Shown in pieces: positions 9,142 to 18,269 of a stretch of 64,000 bases of DNA (its first letter is position 1; each line of letters begins with the position of its first letter). The notes beneath the pieces were generated by a model, which was given only the letters and a program-made list of their open reading frames with translations, made no database searches and was not told where the DNA came from. This DNA is from an uncultured bacterium (GTDB lineage: Bacteria > Krumholzibacteriota > Krumholzibacteriia > LZORAL124-64-63). Where the stretch lies: the NCBI GenBank assembly GCA_963732385.1, contig CAVSZB010000007.1, positions 480,001-544,000 on the forward strand, in the 5' to 3' direction. The translations under genes and the position numbers were made by a program.

Positions 9142-9675
9142 TCAGGCCCGGTGCTGCACGAGGCGGGCGCCGTTGGTGGTGGATCGCTGTCCGTCGCCTT
9201 CGTAGCATCCGGCCGGATCGTTCATGACGCACTGCCGGAAAATGTTCGCTTCCTGCTCCACCAGCTCCAGGCAGAAGCGCGCCAGCATGACGTTCAGGCC
9301 GTTCTGCCGATACAGATCGCCGGCCGTGTCCGCGATGCGCCGCACCGCCCCCCGCAGCGCGGTGCGCTGGCCGGAGTCGGCTCGCGTGAGCAGTGTCTCG
9401 GTCGTGAGCTGTTCCGTCGGCAGTTCCAGCCGCGCGCCGATCGCCCGCAGATTCCCCTCGCGCCGTCGGCGCGCCGCGTCGGCGATCGGCAGGAATTTCC
9501 GCCATTCCTGGGCATTAATTTCCAGCCGCATGGCGTCACGCCGTTTCAGGTAGGCGGTCTGGCGCCAGGCCAGGCGGCGCAGGCGGCGGTACTCCCGCTC
9601 CTCGCACGCCAGCAGTTCACACAGTCCCGCCGCTTCCTCGGGGCGCAGGCGGGGAGCTGTCGATCCAGCGCTCAT
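9142..9675 (-). CDS. flgN: FlgN-like export chaperone
   Basis: Helical protein directly before flgK; LYRQNGLNVML pattern; ATG 9675 with GAGGT SD. Confidence 0.7.
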   Translation of the reverse strand: MSAGSTAPRLRPEEAAGLCELLACEEREYRRLRRLAWRQTAYLKRRDAMRLEINAQEWRKFLPIADAARRRREGNLRAIGARLELPTEQLTTETLLTRADSGQRTALRGAVRRIADTAGDLYRQNGLNVMLARFCLELVEQEANIFRQCVMNDPAGCYEGDGQRSTTNGARLVQHRA

Positions 9676-9683
9676 GAGCCACC

Positions 9684-10766
9684 TCACTCGAATTCCGTTG
9701 ACGGGACCGTCGGTACGGCGGGAGTAGTCGCCAGATTCGTGCCATCGGCATCACGCAGGCGCGAGTAGAGCTTTCCCACGCGGGAGACATAGTCGCGCGT
9801 TTCCCGATAGGGAGGGATGTTGCCGCCGTGCCGCTCGACCGTCCCCGGGCCGGCATTGTAGCCTGCGAGGGCCAGGTCCACGCTGCTGCCGAATCGCTGC
9901 AGCATGCGCGCCAGATACCGGGCGCCGCCCATGACATTCTGCCCGGGGTGCAGCGGCTGACTGACCCCCACTTCCACGGCCGTGCCGGGCATCAGCTGCA
10001 TCAGACCCAGCGCGCCCCGCGGCGAACGCGCCTGCGGGTCGCCGCCCGATTCCTGCACCAGGACCGACAGCAGAAGCGCCGGATCGACACCGGTGTCGGC
10101 GGACGCCCTGGTGATTTCCGGCTCGAAACGGCGCAGGGAGTCGGCCACGGCTCCCCCTTCACGGGCCGCGGCCGCGCGCAGGGTCGCCAAAGCGCCGTCG
10201 CTGGCCGCCTGGACCTGGTAGACCGCCAGACCATGCGGGAACGCCGGTGGCGTGACCGCGAGCGGCGGCACGGAGGTCGGCTCGGGCGCGGCAGCCGGCG
10301 CGGCGTCGGGAATTTGGACCGGCGCAGGCCGGCGGGGCGTTGACGCCGCCAGCGGGACCGGAAGGCTCGGCGGACTCAAAGTGAGGGCCCAGTCATCCGT
10401 CTCCGCCACCGCGTCGATGTACGACGGCTCCGGCTGTGTCAACGGCGCCGGCGTGATCTCCCCACCGCCGTACGCCCGGACGATCATGTCGGCAATGCCG
10501 AGACCACTGCCGGAATTCGCGGCCGCTCGTGCCAACTCGTCGTCGTACATCTGGCGATACTGCTGGGTGGCGCCCTCGTTCTCGATCAGCCCCGACTCCG
10601 GCACGGTCGCCCGCATCGAGCGCAGCAGCGTCGACACCATCAGGGACTCGAATTCCTGCGCCACCGCGCGCAGGCGCCGCTGGCGATCGCCCGCGACGTC
10701 CCCGGCGCGCGGCGACACCGGTGGCCGGGAGGGAAGAATGCCCGCTACGTCAGTCATGCCGATCAC
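9684..10766 (-). CDS. flgJ: FlgJ rod-binding domain fused to SLT-type lytic transglycosylase
   Basis: LRAVAQEFESLMVSTLLRSMRATV rod-binding domain; QESGG...GALGLMQLMP...AGYNAGPG...PPYRETRDYV SLT motifs. Confidence 0.88.
   Translation of the reverse strand: MIGMTDVAGILPSRPPVSPRAGDVAGDRQRRLRAVAQEFESLMVSTLLRSMRATVPESGLIENEGATQQYRQMYDDELARAAANSGSGLGIADMIVRAYGGGEITPAPLTQPEPSYIDAVAETDDWALTLSPPSLPVPLAASTPRRPAPVQIPDAAPAAAPEPTSVPPLAVTPPAFPHGLAVYQVQAASDGALATLRAAAAREGGAVADSLRRFEPEITRASADTGVDPALLLSVLVQESGGDPQARSPRGALGLMQLMPGTAVEVGVSQPLHPGQNVMGGARYLARMLQRFGSSVDLALAGYNAGPGTVERHGGNIPPYRETRDYVSRVGKLYSRLRDADGTNLATTPAVPTVPSTEFE
9730..9744 (-). promoter_or_regulatory. Internal sigma54-type promoter for flgN-K-L-fliW-csrA
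   Basis: TGGCAC-GAATC-TGGC (GG-N10-GC) about 55 nt before flgN, inside the flgJ 3' end. Confidence 0.55.
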
Positions 10767-11893
10767 ATGATCTGCAGTTCGGCCTGCAGAGCCCCCGCCT
10801 GCTTGAGGGCCTCGAGGATGGCGATGATGTCGCGGGGCGAGGCGCCAAGGTCGTTGAGCACCGACACCACGTCCGCCACCGTGCTGGTTTCAGGGAGGTG
10901 CAGCACCGACGCCTCCTTGTCCTGGACGTCGGTGATCACTTCCGGAGTGACGGTCGTGCGACCGCTTTCATTGAACGAATTCGGCTGCGAGACGTCGTAC
11001 CGCGTCTTGATGACCACCTTCAGGTTGCCGTGGGCCACCGCCGCTTCGCGCAGCATGACGCCCTGTCCGACGATGATCGTGCCGGTGCGCTCGTTGATCA
11101 CCACGCGCGCCGTTGCGTCGGCCAACGCCGACAAATCGCCCATACTGGCGATGAAGTCGACAGGCTGCGCCACGAACGCGGCCGGCACTTCGGCCTCCAC
11201 CCGCTGCGCGTCGATCGGCCGGGCCGAGCCGGCTCCATACGCCTGATTGATCGCCGCCGCGACTGCGGCCGAGGTGTTGAAGTCGGGATGATGGAGCAGC
11301 CAGGCCACCTTCCCCCCCTGCACGAACGAGCGCATGAGGCGATTGACGACTTTCGCGCCGTTGGGAATCATCCCCACCGTGGAGTGGTTCTTGCGGAACG
11401 AATTGTTGGCGCCACTGCGGATGTTGAACCCACCAATCGATACGGCTCCCTGGGCCAGGCCGTAGACCAGACCGTCCGCACCCTTGAGCGGCGTCATGAT
11501 GAGCTGGCCGCCTTCGAGGCTGCTGGCGTCGCCGAGGGAGGAGACTGTCACGTCGAACGGGCTGCCCACGGCCGCGCTCGCCTCCAGCCGCGCCGTCACC
11601 ACGACGGCCGCCACGTTTTTCAGCTTGAGCGTGAGCGGATCCACAGTCACGCCGAGACGTTCGAGCATGGATGCGAGGGAATTGATGGTGAACGCCGCGG
11701 TCTGACCGTCGCCGGTCCCCCCGAGCCCCACCACGAGGCCGTAGCCGAGCAACGCCTCCGGGTCGACCCCTTCGAGCGTTGCCAGATCCTTGATGCGGGT
11801 CGTCTGCGTCACCGCCGGCGCGGCCTGCAGCAGCAGCGCCGATAACACCGTGGCCGCGCCCGTCAACCGGAGTTTCCACGCGGTCTTGCGCAT
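10763..11893 (-). CDS. flgI: Flagellar P-ring protein FlgI
   Basis: RIKDLA...LLGYGLVVGLGGTGD...VVINERTGTII...ALKQAGALQAEL. Confidence 0.97.
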   Translation of the reverse strand: MRKTAWKLRLTGAATVLSALLLQAAPAVTQTTRIKDLATLEGVDPEALLGYGLVVGLGGTGDGQTAAFTINSLASMLERLGVTVDPLTLKLKNVAAVVVTARLEASAAVGSPFDVTVSSLGDASSLEGGQLIMTPLKGADGLVYGLAQGAVSIGGFNIRSGANNSFRKNHSTVGMIPNGAKVVNRLMRSFVQGGKVAWLLHHPDFNTSAAVAAAINQAYGAGSARPIDAQRVEAEVPAAFVAQPVDFIASMGDLSALADATARVVINERTGTIIVGQGVMLREAAVAHGNLKVVIKTRYDVSQPNSFNESGRTTVTPEVITDVQDKEASVLHLPETSTVADVVSVLNDLGASPRDIIAILEALKQAGALQAELQIM

Positions 11894-11903
11894 CCAGTTC
11901 CCC

Positions 11904-12497
11904 CTAGAAGAGCCAGTTGACGAGCTTGGTGATGATGCCCGGCTCGCTGCTGGCGTTGATGATGCCGGAGCCCGTGTAGGCGATCCGGGCATCGGCGATA
12001 TAGGTCGACAGGATGGTGTTGTCCGGCGCGATATCGCGCGCCCGGCAGATCCCCGTCACTTCGATCAACTGACGCTCGCCGTTGATGTCGACCATGCGCT
12101 GGCCGGCAAGCCGGTAATCGCCATTCTGCAGCACCTCGACGATACGCGCGGTCAGTTGCGCCTGCAGGTCTCCGGTGCGGGCGGTACGGCCGTCGCCCTT
12201 GTACTTGTTCTCGCTGTCGATGCTCCAGGATCCGATCAGGTTCAGAAAGCCGAGTCCCGGTCCGCCCTTCACTTCGGTCTTGTTGTTGGCGTCGGTCTTG
12301 GCGCTGGCGTTGGCGGTGGATTGCTCGGTGATGATGATGGTGACGATGTCGCCTACGCGCTGAGCCTTCAGGTTCGAAACCAGCGAGCGGCCCGACTCGA
12401 GGTCCACCAACGGATCCGCGGCCCGCACCGGCCCCACGGCGGGCATGGCCGCAAGGATCGCCAGGGCGCAGACACCCCGGATTGTCGCACTCTGCAT
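11904..12497 (-). CDS. flgH: Flagellar L-ring protein FlgH
   Basis: KAQRVGDIVTIIITE, VEVLQNGD, DIAPDNTILSTYIADARIAY; start 12497 or 12515. Confidence 0.95.
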   Translation of the reverse strand: MQSATIRGVCALAILAAMPAVGPVRAADPLVDLESGRSLVSNLKAQRVGDIVTIIITEQSTANASAKTDANNKTEVKGGPGLGFLNLIGSWSIDSENKYKGDGRTARTGDLQAQLTARIVEVLQNGDYRLAGQRMVDINGERQLIEVTGICRARDIAPDNTILSTYIADARIAYTGSGIINASSEPGIITKLVNWLF

Positions 12498-12502
12498 CCG
12501 AA

Positions 12503-13462
12503 TCACCTTCTCCACTCCACCAGCCCAGGCCCGGAGACCCGGCCCGTGGCCAGCTTGCCATTGATGTCGTTGCGAACCGTTACGATCTGTCCCAGAACTC
12601 CATCCTGTCGCGCCGTCGCCCGGACGGTGACCACCACCGATCCGCGCTGCACGGCGAGGTCGACCGTGTCGCCGGCCCGCACGAGTGGGGTGGCCCGCAG
12701 ATCGGTCTGGCGCACCGGTTCGCCCGCGGCCAGCGCGCGGCCGGCGCTGCGGCCCTCGATCGCGGCCCGGCCGACCGCCAGCCCCGGAGTCACGGTGGTC
12801 AGGTCACGCCATTCCCAGACGAACTGCGTGGCGGCGAGCGGAGCGGCCGCTGCGACAGGGATCCGTGCGACCGCCACCTCCCCGTACACATGGCAGATTA
12901 CCGCGGCGGTCACCCGCGCCGCCCTGCCTCCGCCGCTCACTCGCAACGGTACGAGGTTGCGTCCGGGGCGCAGCGGCTGCGGATCCGTCAGTTCTACCAA
13001 CCAGGCGTCGGCCGAGAGCGCCGGCGTTGCCACCTCGAGCTCGATCCAGGTGACTGGCGCACCCGACAGCGCCTCCGGCAACAGCGGCTCGAGCAGTGCG
13101 GTCACGCGAGCGCGCAGCTGATCCTCGTCCGCTGCCCGGCCGGTGAACACCACCACGCAGCGATCGGCGCCGGCACAGCGCGCAACGCCGGAGGCGAGGC
13201 CCCTCTCCACCAGGCGTCGCAGCACGATCCTCCGGTCGATTACCGCCAGCTGGCCCGGTCGACCGTCGCCGGCCAGCACCAGCGCCGCCGCGGCATCCGG
13301 ACACGCTTCCAGGTTGATGTCCCCCAAACGCACCTGCGGTCCGGGGAGACGCACCGTGTCGGACAACGCAAGCACCCAGCCGGCTGGTGGCGCGGCTACA
13401 GCCGGAAACACAGCGATCATCTGCGCCGTGAGCAGGGTCAGCAGGACAAGGGTCCGAAACAC
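12503..13462 (-). CDS. flgA: P-ring chaperone FlgA
   Basis: C-terminal LVRAGDTV...ARQDGVLGQIVTVRN; lies between flgG and flgH. Confidence 0.88.
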   Translation of the reverse strand: MFRTLVLLTLLTAQMIAVFPAVAAPPAGWVLALSDTVRLPGPQVRLGDINLEACPDAAAALVLAGDGRPGQLAVIDRRIVLRRLVERGLASGVARCAGADRCVVVFTGRAADEDQLRARVTALLEPLLPEALSGAPVTWIELEVATPALSADAWLVELTDPQPLRPGRNLVPLRVSGGGRAARVTAAVICHVYGEVAVARIPVAAAAPLAATQFVWEWRDLTTVTPGLAVGRAAIEGRSAGRALAAGEPVRQTDLRATPLVRAGDTVDLAVQRGSVVVTVRATARQDGVLGQIVTVRNDINGKLATGRVSGPGLVEWRR

Positions 13463-13466
13463 CCGG

Positions 13467-14258
13467 CTACCTCTTTAACTGGTTGATGGTCTGCAACATG
13501 TCGTCCGCGACGCTGATCGAGCGCGAGTTCAACTCGTACGCGCGCTGCGCAGTGATCATGTTGACCAGCTCTTCGACAGTTTCGACGTTGGCCATCTCCA
13601 GGAATCCGGCGGAGATTTCGCCGATCCCCTCCAGCCCTGGCACCCCGCGCACCGCAGTGCCGCTGGCCGGCGATTCGAGGAACAGGTTTCCGCCCCGGCT
13701 GCGCAGGCCGGCGGGGTTGGGGAATTTCGCGACTTCAAGCCGCCCGAGGTCCTGCACGGTGCTGCCGTCGCCCGCCAGCATGACCGACACCGTGCCGTCG
13801 CGTGCGACGGAGATTTCGGTGGCTTCGAGCGGGATCTGGATCGCCGGCTCCAGGTAGTAGCCGGCCGCCGTGACCAGATTGCGCTCCCCGTCGAGCTTGA
13901 AACTGCCGTCGCGCGTGAAAGCCAGGGAGCCGTCTGGAAGCTTGATCTGGAAGAAACCGTCCCCTTCGATCATCAGATCGAGAGGATTGCCGGTCTGCCG
14001 CATCTGGCCCTGCGAAAACATCTTATCTGTGGCCACAAGCTTTACTCCATGCCCAACCTCCACGCGCGCAGGGGCGGCCAGGCCGGAGCCGCGCGTCGAG
14101 CCCGTGGGCACGACCGCCTCGTACAGCAGATCCTGAAACTCGGCGGTACTCTTCTTGAATCCGGCCGTGTTCACGTTCGCCAGGTTGTTGGCGATGGTAT
14201 CGATGTTCAGCTGCTGGGCCTTCATGCCCGAGGCGGCCGTCGTCATGGCTCGGATCAT
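13467..14258 (-). CDS. flgG: Distal rod protein FlgG
   Basis: AASGMKAQQLNIDTIANNLANVNTAGFKK...MITAQRAYELNS. Confidence 0.97.
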   Translation of the reverse strand: MIRAMTTAASGMKAQQLNIDTIANNLANVNTAGFKKSTAEFQDLLYEAVVPTGSTRGSGLAAPARVEVGHGVKLVATDKMFSQGQMRQTGNPLDLMIEGDGFFQIKLPDGSLAFTRDGSFKLDGERNLVTAAGYYLEPAIQIPLEATEISVARDGTVSVMLAGDGSTVQDLGRLEVAKFPNPAGLRSRGGNLFLESPASGTAVRGVPGLEGIGEISAGFLEMANVETVEELVNMITAQRAYELNSRSISVADDMLQTINQLKR

Positions 14259-14293
14259 CGCGCCCGTTCTCCCTTCCCGCCTGCGCCACGCAC

Positions 14294-15166
14294 CTAGCGC
14301 ACGGCCGGCAGTTGATTGACCGCCTTGTCCAGATTCTCGTCCGTGGCCTGCATGAGACGCGATTCGATTTCGAAGGCCCGCTGGGCGGAAATCATGGCCA
14401 CGAGTGTGTACACCGGATCAACGTTGCTGCCCTCGAGCTGCCCCTGCACCACTTCCACCTGTTCGGGACTGAGCGGTTGCGCCGCCTCCCCCTTCGGAGC
14501 GGACAGCCGCGAGTCCCCCCGGTGCTGCAGCCGCGAGGGGTCCGGAAAGTCAACGATCTGCAGGCGCGCGCCGACACTGCCATTCACCGTGACAGACCCA
14601 TCCCGTCCCACGGAAAAGGGAGAGCTGCCGTCAATTTCGATCGGACCGCCAGTGCCGAGTACGGGAGCTCCGTCGGCCGTGACCAGACGACCGGAAGCGT
14701 CGACCGTGAAGTGGCCGTTGCGCGTGTACTGCTCGCCCTGCTCGGTCTGGATGACGAAGTAGCCGCGCCCGACGACTGCGAAGTCGGCCATGCGCCCGGT
14801 ATCGCGCAGGGGGCCCGGACTGTTGTCCACTCGCGCGGTCATCTCAAGATCGGCGCTGCTGGCCCAGACGTTCCCGGCGGTGCTGCGCGCCGGGCTGGCG
14901 GACCGGGCGGTCGTGCCGGCGCCACCCTCTTCGCTCGCGGCGGACACGGCCTCCGCAGCCGACATCCCCACCGGATTGACGACCCCGGCCGGATTCGCCT
15001 CGGGGTAGGACTGCCGGGCCGCACCGTCCGCTGCCCGCTCGGCAACGCGCGTCAGCACCTGCTTGAACCCCGTGGCGTCGACGTTGGCAAGGTTGTTGGC
15101 AAGGGTATCGATCTGCGTCAGACGCAGATTCATGGCCCTTTCCGCCGTGTGCAAACTTCTGAGCAA
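14294..15166 (-). CDS. flgF: Proximal rod protein FlgF
   Basis: LANNLANVDATGFK, YTRNGHF, LEGSNVD; TTG start after AGAAGGAG. Confidence 0.88.
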   Translation of the reverse strand: MLRSLHTAERAMNLRLTQIDTLANNLANVDATGFKQVLTRVAERAADGAARQSYPEANPAGVVNPVGMSAAEAVSAASEEGGAGTTARSASPARSTAGNVWASSADLEMTARVDNSPGPLRDTGRMADFAVVGRGYFVIQTEQGEQYTRNGHFTVDASGRLVTADGAPVLGTGGPIEIDGSSPFSVGRDGSVTVNGSVGARLQIVDFPDPSRLQHRGDSRLSAPKGEAAQPLSPEQVEVVQGQLEGSNVDPVYTLVAMISAQRAFEIESRLMQATDENLDKAVNQLPAVR

Positions 15167-15215
15167 GGCTTCTCCTTCTGGTCGTCCCCTACCGGGACAA
15201 CGCCGCCATCCGGGC

Positions 15216-15231
15216 CGCAAGGCGCGTGCCG
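15216..15231 (-). promoter_or_regulatory. sigma54-type promoter of flgF operon
   Basis: CGGCAC-GCGCC-TTGCG about 50 nt before flgF. Confidence 0.72.
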
Positions 15232-15430
15232 GTGCGCCGGGCGTGTTCGTTTCAAAACGGCGCCACCGGCACCACCGGCGGCGCCATCCCGAAACGCCGC
15301 GCTACGGGCACGGATTGGCCCCGGAGCAGCAACCGGGAAGGAATTGCCGGGTGGATGACGCCGTGTCAGGCCCGTCGAGCCGACCGGAACCGGCCGCGCG
15401 CTGGATGGAAGCGGAACAGGGAGTGGACGA

Positions 15431-16924
15431 TTACCGGACGGCCGCGGGAGCGGATGTGACGGCGTCACCGGACCCGACCGGCTCGCGCGGATCGGCCAGC
15501 GGCAGCGTGAAACGGAAGCAACTGCCGCGGCCCGGTTCGCTCGTGACACCGACCGTGCCACCGTGCGCCTCGACCAGCTTCTTCACGATCACCAGCCCGA
15601 GACCAACGCCGCGCACCCTCCGTTCCGAGGCGCCAACCCGGCGGTAGGGCTGGAAGAGACTGGGGATCTCTTCGGGGGCGATGCCGCCCCCGGTATCGCT
15701 GACGGCGACCTCGACGGTGGTTGCGCCCGGTTCGAAATCGATGCGCACAGTCCCCTCGTCCACGTTGTACTTGATGGCGTTGGAAATGAGGTTGAGCAGA
15801 ATCTGCTTGATGCGCAGCGGATCGCCATCGACCAGCACCAACGGGGCAGAAGGCACACGAACGATCTGGATGCCGCGACTAACGGCTAGCAGCGACAGAT
15901 CCGTGATCGCATCGTCCGTCACGGCATTGAGCGACATCGCACAGCGGTTGAGGTTCACGAATCCGGCGTCGATCTTGTTGATGTCGAGGAAATCGTTCAG
16001 CAGGGAAGTGATCTCGCCCACCTTGCTTTCGATGCCGGCCAGGAATTCCCGCTGGGTGTCGTTGAGCCCGCCCGCGCGCCCGCCCGCCAGGAGCGTGACG
16101 TAGCCCTGGATGACCGAAAGTGGCGAGCGCAGATCGTGAGCGATCATGGAGTGGAAATCGGCCTTGATGCGCTCGTTGGCGATCTGCTGCGTTATGTCGC
16201 GGAAAATGACCGCTCGGGCCGGTTCATCGTCGCCCAGCATCATGGGCGACGACATGGCGGTGAGCACCTTCTCGTCTCCGTCGATCTGCACCGACAACCG
16301 CCGTTCCAAGCAGGTCTCCTCCGCCAGCAGGCGAATCTCGTCGGCCGGCACGCCCAGTGTCGTCAGGATCTCAGTGAAAGTCCGTAGCGCCGCGATCTCG
16401 CGCGGCATCTGAAAGAGATTAAGGAACACATGGCTTGCCAGCACGATCCGGTCGCGCGCATCGCAGATCACAATCGGCTCGTGCAGCAGTTTGAAGACTT
16501 CGCTCAGCTTGTCCCGCTCGCGCAACACGCGGTCCTGGAGATCCTTGATCCGCATGAAGGCCCGGATCTTGGAATCGAGTTCGTCGACGGGGATCCGCTT
16601 GGAAATGAAGTCATCGGCCCCCATCTCCAAACCCTGGATCCGCTCACGACTGCTGTTGTCCGAACTGATCATCAGGATAGGGATGAAGCTTGTCTCCTGG
16701 TACCGCCGCAGGATCCGACTAACCGCAAAGCCGTGAAGCCCCGGCAGTTCCTTGTCCAGGAGTACCAGATCCGGCAGAAGTTCCATGGCCTGGCGAACGC
16801 CTGACTCACCGTCGAAGGCGAGGTGAACCTCGTATCCCTTCTTCTCCAGCACCCTCTTGATGTACTGGCAGACGGGACGCGAGTCGTCGATCACCAGGAT
16901 GGAGCGGCGAGATGTGGTCTCCAT
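15431..16924 (-). CDS. Hybrid sensor kinase (REC - PAS-like - HisKA - HATPase)
   Basis: ILVIDD...PDLVLLD...GADDFISK; AHDLRSPL; NLISNAIKY; DTGGGI; GVGLGL. Confidence 0.93.
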   Translation of the reverse strand: METTSRRSILVIDDSRPVCQYIKRVLEKKGYEVHLAFDGESGVRQAMELLPDLVLLDKELPGLHGFAVSRILRRYQETSFIPILMISSDNSSRERIQGLEMGADDFISKRIPVDELDSKIRAFMRIKDLQDRVLRERDKLSEVFKLLHEPIVICDARDRIVLASHVFLNLFQMPREIAALRTFTEILTTLGVPADEIRLLAEETCLERRLSVQIDGDEKVLTAMSSPMMLGDDEPARAVIFRDITQQIANERIKADFHSMIAHDLRSPLSVIQGYVTLLAGGRAGGLNDTQREFLAGIESKVGEITSLLNDFLDINKIDAGFVNLNRCAMSLNAVTDDAITDLSLLAVSRGIQIVRVPSAPLVLVDGDPLRIKQILLNLISNAIKYNVDEGTVRIDFEPGATTVEVAVSDTGGGIAPEEIPSLFQPYRRVGASERRVRGVGLGLVIVKKLVEAHGGTVGVTSEPGRGSCFRFTLPLADPREPVGSGDAVTSAPAAVR

Positions 16925-17072
16925 AACAAGCCCCCTCGCCGGACGGAGGTCCGGCGCGATCATTCCCGAAGGATATCGGCACGAAAATGCCCGCCTGAAC
17001 CCGAACCTTGTGCCATCGAAATTGTTTCCATCGATCAACTATCGACGCCAGCAGGTTCTTTGGGGCCCGCCC

Positions 17073-18179
17073 TCAGAACGCATACTTCAGTTCATGCCGC
17101 CTGTTGCGCCCCAGTACCGGCGTGATCACCAGCCGTTCATAGTACTCCGCCCACCTCTGCGGCAACTTGATCCGGGTCCGGAACAGCCGTTCTTTCAGCA
17201 CCTCCTCCACTCGCAGCGGTCGATCGAGCATCCCCTTGAGCATCGCCGGCGTCTGTCGACATCGCTTTTCCCGCCGGTAATTCAGGTAGTTGCGCCAGGT
17301 CAGGAAGATCACCATCCGCTCCGACGAGCCCTGCCGCCGCTTCGACGCTGCGATCGTCTCCCGCTTGTGGTTGGCCTGGGCGTGCCGGAGGATCAGGTCG
17401 AGCAGGTTGATCTCGAACAGCAGGTTGTCCGCGTCCCGCCGCTGCGTTGATGGCGTGATGAGGTGATGGATCAGGCAGTCGAGCCCGCGGAAGGCCCGCG
17501 GATAGGCGCGGTGGTCGTCACTCCTGAGTGTCACCTCCGATTCGTGGGTCAGGACGGTTTCGAGCAGGTGGCGGACGTCCTTCTCGACCGCCCTGGGGTC
17601 GGGTCGGCCGAGGCGCAGTTCGAGCTGTTCGCGGCGGCGTTTCTGCTGGTCGGTCATGCGACCCTTGCGGCGCAAGGGGCTGTCGGAGAAGTACCAGAAG
17701 AAGCTGGTGTCGGCCTCGGCGAGCAGGTGGTGGTGGAAGGGGTGGTACTGGCTGAACTCGTAGGACTCGAAGCCGTCCAGGACGAGGTCACCCTGAGGAC
17801 GGACTCCGGCGATGAGCTGGGTGTGGAACAGCATGCAGTGGCGTCCGATGCGGGCGATGAGGCGATCGATGGTGGAGGGTGCGGCGCGGACATCGCGAGC
17901 GATCTGACGGTTGGCCATGCCGCCGACGGTCTTCAAGAAGATGAGTTGGGGCAGATCGGGACGTTTGAGCCAGTAGGTGGAGGCGAAGGTCTGTGAACTG
18001 AAGGAGCGGTGGCAGTGCAGACATGTAAACCTCTGGACACGGTGGGGGGCGATGAGACGGGCGAAGAAGCCGGCGCGCTTGAAGCGCCAGCCTGAGGTCA
18101 AGGTGTTGTGGTGCAGACAGTTGGGGTTGGGACAGAAGGGCGGGAGGAAACAGGTTGAGGGGTGATTGAGGGCGTCCAT
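17073..18179 (-). CDS. IS1-family-like single-ORF DDE transposase
   Basis: Zn ribbon CPNPNC..CLHC, HTH (NRQIARDV..STI), acidic motifs LDGFE / SDDHRAY / FEIN, RH..HKRET..SK and C-terminal TPAM. Confidence 0.75.
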   Translation of the reverse strand: MDALNHPSTCFLPPFCPNPNCLHHNTLTSGWRFKRAGFFARLIAPHRVQRFTCLHCHRSFSSQTFASTYWLKRPDLPQLIFLKTVGGMANRQIARDVRAAPSTIDRLIARIGRHCMLFHTQLIAGVRPQGDLVLDGFESYEFSQYHPFHHHLLAEADTSFFWYFSDSPLRRKGRMTDQQKRRREQLELRLGRPDPRAVEKDVRHLLETVLTHESEVTLRSDDHRAYPRAFRGLDCLIHHLITPSTQRRDADNLLFEINLLDLILRHAQANHKRETIAASKRRQGSSERMVIFLTWRNYLNYRREKRCRQTPAMLKGMLDRPLRVEEVLKERLFRTRIKLPQRWAEYYERLVITPVLGRNRRHELKYAF

Positions 18180-18191
18180 GGACGGGATCTG

Positions 18192-18207
18192 TGCAACGGG
18201 GACGCCA
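18192..18207 (-). promoter_or_regulatory. sigma54-type promoter of the transposase
   Basis: TGGCGT-CCCCG-TTGCA abutting the inner edge of the right IR; predicted start about 2 nt before ATG 18179. Confidence 0.55.
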
Positions 18208-18269
18208 GAGACAATTTCGACGGCACAAGGGGGGCATTTACCGGATCAGCGCAGGACCTGCAGGCGCGA

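Larger units (their letters stand above)
17006..18230 (-). mobile_element. Insertion sequence, IS1-like, about 1225 bp
   Basis: Terminal inverted repeats 17006-17028 CCTTGTGCCATCGAAATTGTTTC and 18208-18230 GAGACAATTTCGACGGCACAAGG (21/23 match) enclose one transposase-like ORF. Confidence 0.75.
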
